DNA from: Oopsacas minuta
Taxonomy: Eukaryota; Animalia; Porifera
Reading direction: 5' to 3'
DNA: 11,265 bases
Assembly: GCA_024704765.1 (NCBI GenBank)
Contig: JAKMXF010000092.1
Location: 15,742-27,006 of the forward strand
Shown here: in pieces, positions 7,560 to 11,265 of the stretch
How the letters are laid out: each line of letters begins with the position of its first letter
Position numbering within the stretch: position 1 is the stretch's first letter
Position numbers and translations under genes: made by a program
The notes under the pieces: model-generated
The model's database searches: none
Told to the model about the DNA's origin: nothing
Seen by the model: the letters and a program-made list of their open reading frames with translations, nothing else

Positions 7560-8017
7560 TACGTAATTTTGGGATTTTGCGAATTTTTTTCCTTATATTC
7601 ATAAAAACAACAATAAATTTACATATCAACAGACAAACCACAAATCCACAATTGAGATATAATAATATAGATGTTGTTTACAATACCATATTCGGACTCA
7701 GCATACTCGATTACCTCTGTTGTATAGTCGTTGAAAGTATGATTCTACCTTGAAATTTGTTTACTTTATATTCATAAAAACAACAATATATTTACATATG
7801 ATTAATCCAAAAGTGTGAAAATCGGATTCAGCATGTTCGATATATTTAGTGAAGTTTTATTGAATTCTATTTACTTTCTTGATAAATACGATAAATACAT
7901 AGTTATGCGGAAATTTCAAAATTGCATACCATAAATCCTTTCCTTGACAACGGACAAACAAACAAACAAACAAACAAACAGACAAACAAGCAATAATTGA
8001 GATTTTAATAATATAGA
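7560..8017 (-). mobile_element. Two tandem, 3'-truncated Helitron-like remnants with 5' termini at 7671 and 8017
   Basis: Both begin A|TCTATATTATTA..ATCTCAATT followed by TTGTCTGTT/(TTTG)n. A 34-bp direct repeat 7593-7626 / 7766-7799 is 33/34 identical. Confidence 0.55.
7954..7989. repeat. (ACAA)n microsatellite within the Helitron-like 5' region
   Basis: ACAAACAAACAAACAAACAAACAAACAGACAAACAA. Confidence 0.9.
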
Positions 8018-8351
8018 TTATTTAACAAACAAGGGCAAAATATATACATTCTAAAAGACTTTCCGATTAAAATGTAGAAATATATTATAGACCATATCAG
8101 CTTATACTTGTTATTGAGCCTCTGAAAAGCATTCATTCAATAGTTTGGAAGCAGGATACAAAGTGTGTCTAATTAAATATGCCGGTAAGAATTTAGTATT
8201 TTCAAGAACTTTGGTAACAAACAACAGCAATTAATGACTGGGGATTTAGTCAAATTGTGAACTGACAAACTTCCAATCTAATGCGTTTGGACTCTTCAAA
8301 ATAGTTTTGACTGGAAATTACTTTAACATGTATATCATCAAAAACATGCCA

Positions 8352-8465
8352 CAGTAGAGTTTGTCTATTAGCAATTGACTTATTAGCAAGTGTTTTTAGG
8401 GTCACAATGGCCCCAATTGCATTAATTATGTTCCCTTATTAGCAAGTTCACCTATAAGCAAGTTG
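8352..8465. mobile_element. Possible truncated pogo-like MITE end
   Basis: Starts CAGTAGAG and carries repeated TATTAGCAA(G)/TATAAGCAAG motifs. No matching opposite TIR seen. Confidence 0.3.
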
Positions 8466-8558
8466 TAAACATGATTTAAGTATTGATTAAGGATGCTTCA
8501 AGTATAAATTAATTCAGCATGATTTGCATTTCAATATTTGAATTATGGTTGCAACTGA

Positions 8559-8882
8559 ATAGTTCAATATTCGGTTGATTTGAAGAGAGGAGAGAAGAGT
8601 TTGAAACAAGGTAGAGACGATAGGATTATTCAGCATATTAGAAAATTGAATGTACAATATGGGAAATTCAAAGTCACATTCTTAGAACTTGAATTTTGTC
8701 GTCTATAATTTCAGGAACAAAGGTATCGAAAGTTTGGACGATCATTGGAAACCAATCAGCCAGTTTTGTGATCTGTGTCTATCAAATATGCCATTATTGC
8801 CAAATTTGAAACTTTGAATAAGGATTCAGATGCTTTTCTAAACTACGTATAGAGAAGCAATCCCAATCATAATGTCTCATTT
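8559..8882 (+). pseudogene. Inverted CHST pseudogene fragment (piece B)
   Basis: DLKRGEKSLKQGRDD (8577-8619 is 34/43 nt identical to the reverse complement of 1-43) ...KVTFLE/LNFV...SLDDHWKPISQFCDLC/IKYAIIAKFETLNKDSDAFLNYV*RSNPNHNVSF. Two frameshifts (about 8688 and 8779) and a TAG stop. HW.P..C..C.I.Y...KFETL is the CHST C-terminal signature. Confidence 0.85.
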
Positions 8883-9191
8883 GCGTACTCAATTACAAAT
8901 TTATAGATCCGCCATTGGACATGCTCCTGCTAAACCCGTTAAATAACTTGCCCATTGTCCTGCTCCTTGAAACTGCGTGCTCCCTATGGTAATTTCTTTG
9001 CCCCCCTCCCTTAGGTGAAATATCCTGGCGACGTCCCTGGTCCGAAGCTCCTGGACGACATGCCGTAGTTACTACCACTTAAGTAGCCCTTCTACTGTCA
9101 GGTAACTTCGAAACTTTTCTCTTAGCTGCGCAATCTTCATTCGACATGGAAGTTTTCGATTGACTATGTAAGTGCATTGCCTCATTCTCTA

Positions 9192-9300
9192 CAGTAGAAC
9201 TCGGTTATGAGGTACTCAACTTGGAGGCACTTGACACTAACAACCGAAAATTTCTCCCATCTAATCCATATGAAATAGTAGTCCATGGTAAAACATATCT
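9192..9300 (+). mobile_element. Solo left end of a CAGTAGAACTCG-family MITE
   Basis: TA|CAGTAGAACTCGGT is identical to the TIR start at 4863. No right TIR found; right boundary arbitrary. Confidence 0.5.
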
Positions 9301-9635
9301 AACTAATGTGCCTAATTCAGAGAATGCTTGTATAGGATAGTAATGGATATGAAGTTAGCAGCCCGCTCAGCAGCGAAAGGATGAGAAATAATGATTGGAT
9401 GCTCCATTTGTTCAGCTTTTAGAGATTGATTCCACTCCCCAATTAAAGAGAATATTTGTACTCTGTCTGTTGCAAATCAGCATCATATATTCTCTCATTG
9501 ATAGAATCTATTGCATACCCCATGGATTATCTACCTGATCATCTACCGCGATGATGAGGAAGATAATTTAGATAACATATGTATAAATGGTAACAATTTA
9601 AAGTCCAGTGCCCTAGATAGAATTAATTAGTATCT

Positions 9636-9670
9636 ACTCACTCACTCACTCACACACACATACATACTCA
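9636..9670. repeat. Compound (ACTC)n/(CA)n microsatellite
   Basis: ACTCACTCACTCACTCACACACACATACATACTCA. Confidence 0.85.
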
Positions 9671-9692
9671 TATCAGATATCAGGTAGGGATG

Positions 9693-9908
9693 TTAACAAA
9701 TATTATCCTCATTATCTCCCCTATACTCATAATCAAATAGTAGATAATCTTCTTTGAATAGTTCATAAAGTGATCTTCTCACATGTAATGGTACAATCTT
9801 GAATGCTTCATTACAACGATCAAATGTGGTATATGGATCGTCATCGGGGAATGTGACATTATGATTTGGATTGTTTCTCTGTACGTAGTTTAGAATAGCA
9901 TCTGAATC
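9693..9908 (-). CDS. C-terminal 71 aa of a CHST-like carbohydrate sulfotransferase (5'-partial, starts at the N)
   Basis: DSDAILNYVQRNNPNHNVTFP...LYELFKEDYLLFDYEY...*, matching the CHST terminal LY..Y..DF.LF.Y pattern. First 60 nt are 54/60 identical to piece B (8823-8882, inverted). Confidence 0.75.
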   Translation of the reverse strand, partial: DSDAILNYVQRNNPNHNVTFPDDDPYTTFDRCNEAFKIVPLHVRRSLYELFKEDYLLFDYEYRGDNEDNIC

Positions 9909-9909
9909 N
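9909..9909. other. Ambiguous base N at the lectin/CHST junction (probable assembly gap)
   Basis: Protein family switches exactly at this base. Confidence 0.65.
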
Positions 9910-10066
9910 TATAAGTAATTATTCTCTCTCTCTGTAGTAATACTAGTCAAGTCACCACCCCATATAGCACAACTAGATTGAGCATCTAACCAGTTGATTC
10001 CAGTACTCACTTCAAATAATCGATAGCAAAATCCATCATAGATCAGATCACATCCTTGTGAGTTAC
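9910..10066 (-). CDS. C-type lectin domain gene, downstream exon (truncated at N)
   Basis: Acceptor AACTTGATAG|GT gives phase 1, matching the upstream donor; GNSQGCDLIYDGFCYRLFEV...NWLDAQSSCAIWGGDLTSITTERENNYL is the N-terminal half of a CTLD. Confidence 0.8.
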
Positions 10067-10704
10067 CTATCAAGTTAGGTAACTAAATTGAATAAAAGTA
10101 TTTTCAACAGTTTAGTAAATTGAAAGGAATAAAATGCATTTTATTATATTTTCCCAGTTCAGTGTTTTCCTTCCTTATCTGTATTATTTTAGTGTCACCA
10201 TTGTCCAGGATTTTACACATCAATACAGGAATCTCGAGATTATTATTTTGAATAGTCGGATGTTAAAATTTTGTGATTAGAGATCAACTCCCTGAAGATG
10301 TCGAATTTTACCCATAGTATACTATTGCTACACATAACACATCATAACTCATTTTAGAACCTGCATGCAGCTAATATATAATCTTGCTATCACATAGTTA
10401 TGTATTTAACTTTTCTGAAAAATAAACGTAAATTCTTAAACTGGTTACCAATACCAGCAGCAGCTTTGTAATGTTAAATGAGGTCTCACGCTATTTCTAT
10501 TACAAAATTGAACATCCATTCATATTTGTATATAAATACTTGTCGAATAATTATTAATATAATGTACAGGACTTTGAAAATTATCTCCAGGAATATTCCA
10601 AGAATTTTAATGTGTGATGCTCCAATATACTGGAATTAGACCTAAATATGCTGGTCACCGTAAAATTTATTTTTTGAGGCTTATTTTTTACTACAATCAC
10701 TTAC

Positions 10705-11141
10705 CTGCTTTGTTGCAGAAGTAACAAGACCTAGTAAGATCACAACGTCTATTAATCCAACCGGTTGATAATACACCTACTGCATTACTATATCTGAATC
10801 TAACACAGTCATGATCAGCAACTCCTGAGGGACTTGGTATTCCAAAATTTGAATCGAAGTTCCTATAAGTACTGGTACTACCATCTACCCAAACAAATGC
10901 ACTAGCATCAGTACCAGCGTGCACATCTATATCATTTAGACCTATATAACATGAAACATAGCTTAGATCAGGTCCTTGTGTACTATAAAACAATAAGCTG
11001 TCTTCTACTCCTGACTTGACTGTAGCAAGATTTCCCCCCCAGTTATTGCATTCTACTTCAGCATCTGGCCAATTTATTGGGCTCACTATGAAGTATCCAA
11101 ATGTTGTATCATCATATATTATAGAATTATTAGGAGTTGTG
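10705..11141 (-). CDS. C-type lectin domain gene, upstream exon (one full CTLD); earlier exons lie outside the window
   Basis: Acceptor TCTTTCTTAAG| (start approximate), donor G|GTAAGT; NWPDAEVECNNWGGNLATV...CYIGLNDI...FVWVDGS...YRNF...DCVRF...GWINRRC...CYFC. Confidence 0.85.
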
Positions 11142-11265
11142 CTTAAGAAAGAGATAAAGAATATGTTATTAAATTTATACGTTAGTATATTGACTAGCTA
11201 ATTCTATACAAAACTATTCAACCGAACCATTTTACAAAGTCATTGTACATATATATCCTAATATT

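Noticed and set aside
7508-7753. 81-aa ORF
   Set aside because: Runs through Helitron-like repeats; low-complexity composition.
8110-8190. Plus-strand stretch ending in a phase-1 donor GCCG|GTAAGA
   Set aside because: No stop-free frame from an acceptor and no recognisable domain.
8893-9078. 61-aa minus ORF
   Set aside because: No family motif; by-product of local higher GC.
9469-9582. Possible third piece of the plus-strand CHST pseudogene (DYL...YRDDEEDNLDNIC versus DYLLFDYEYRGDNEDNIC)
   Set aside because: Suggestive and collinear, but needs several gaps and the spacing does not match; not distinguishable from chance by eye.
11016-11201. 61-aa plus ORF
   Set aside because: Antisense to the CTLD exon and its acceptor.
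1-11265. CRISPR array, defence operon, tRNA/rRNA or other prokaryotic or viral system
   Set aside because: No regularly spaced repeats, no operon-like ORFs, no RNA-gene signatures; the sequence is intron-containing animal DNA.

Overview
AT-rich eukaryotic (metazoan) genomic DNA with spliceosomal introns. I found no prokaryotic system, CRISPR array, rRNA or tRNA. The gene families resemble those expanded in sponges, but that is recall, not a search result. Left to right: (1) the intronless 5' part of a Golgi carbohydrate sulfotransferase (CHST/Sulfotransfer_2-like) on the minus strand, 802 to the left edge, missed by the ORF track because it has no stop in the window; (2) a plus-strand gene for a secreted protein with a signal-peptide exon and five symmetrical phase-1 Ig-like exons (pattern A-B-C-A'-B', 2909-5330), whose last donor reads G|ATAAGT instead of G|GTAAGT; (3) an intact phase-1 exon encoding only the C-terminal half of a different P-loop sulfotransferase-like family (5994-6529), in frame with the Ig exons; (4) a cluster of non-autonomous Helitron/DINE-like remnants including an 82-bp mini-Helitron, plus several MITEs and a hAT-like element elsewhere; (5) an inverted, decayed CHST paralogue present as two collinear plus-strand pieces about 7.5 kb apart (935-1024 and 8559-8882); (6) a minus-strand CHST C-terminal tail (9693-9908) joined exactly at an N to a tandem C-type-lectin-domain gene (9910-11141). 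Two single Ns (1395, 9909) may be collapsed assembly gaps, which limits any long-range interpretation.
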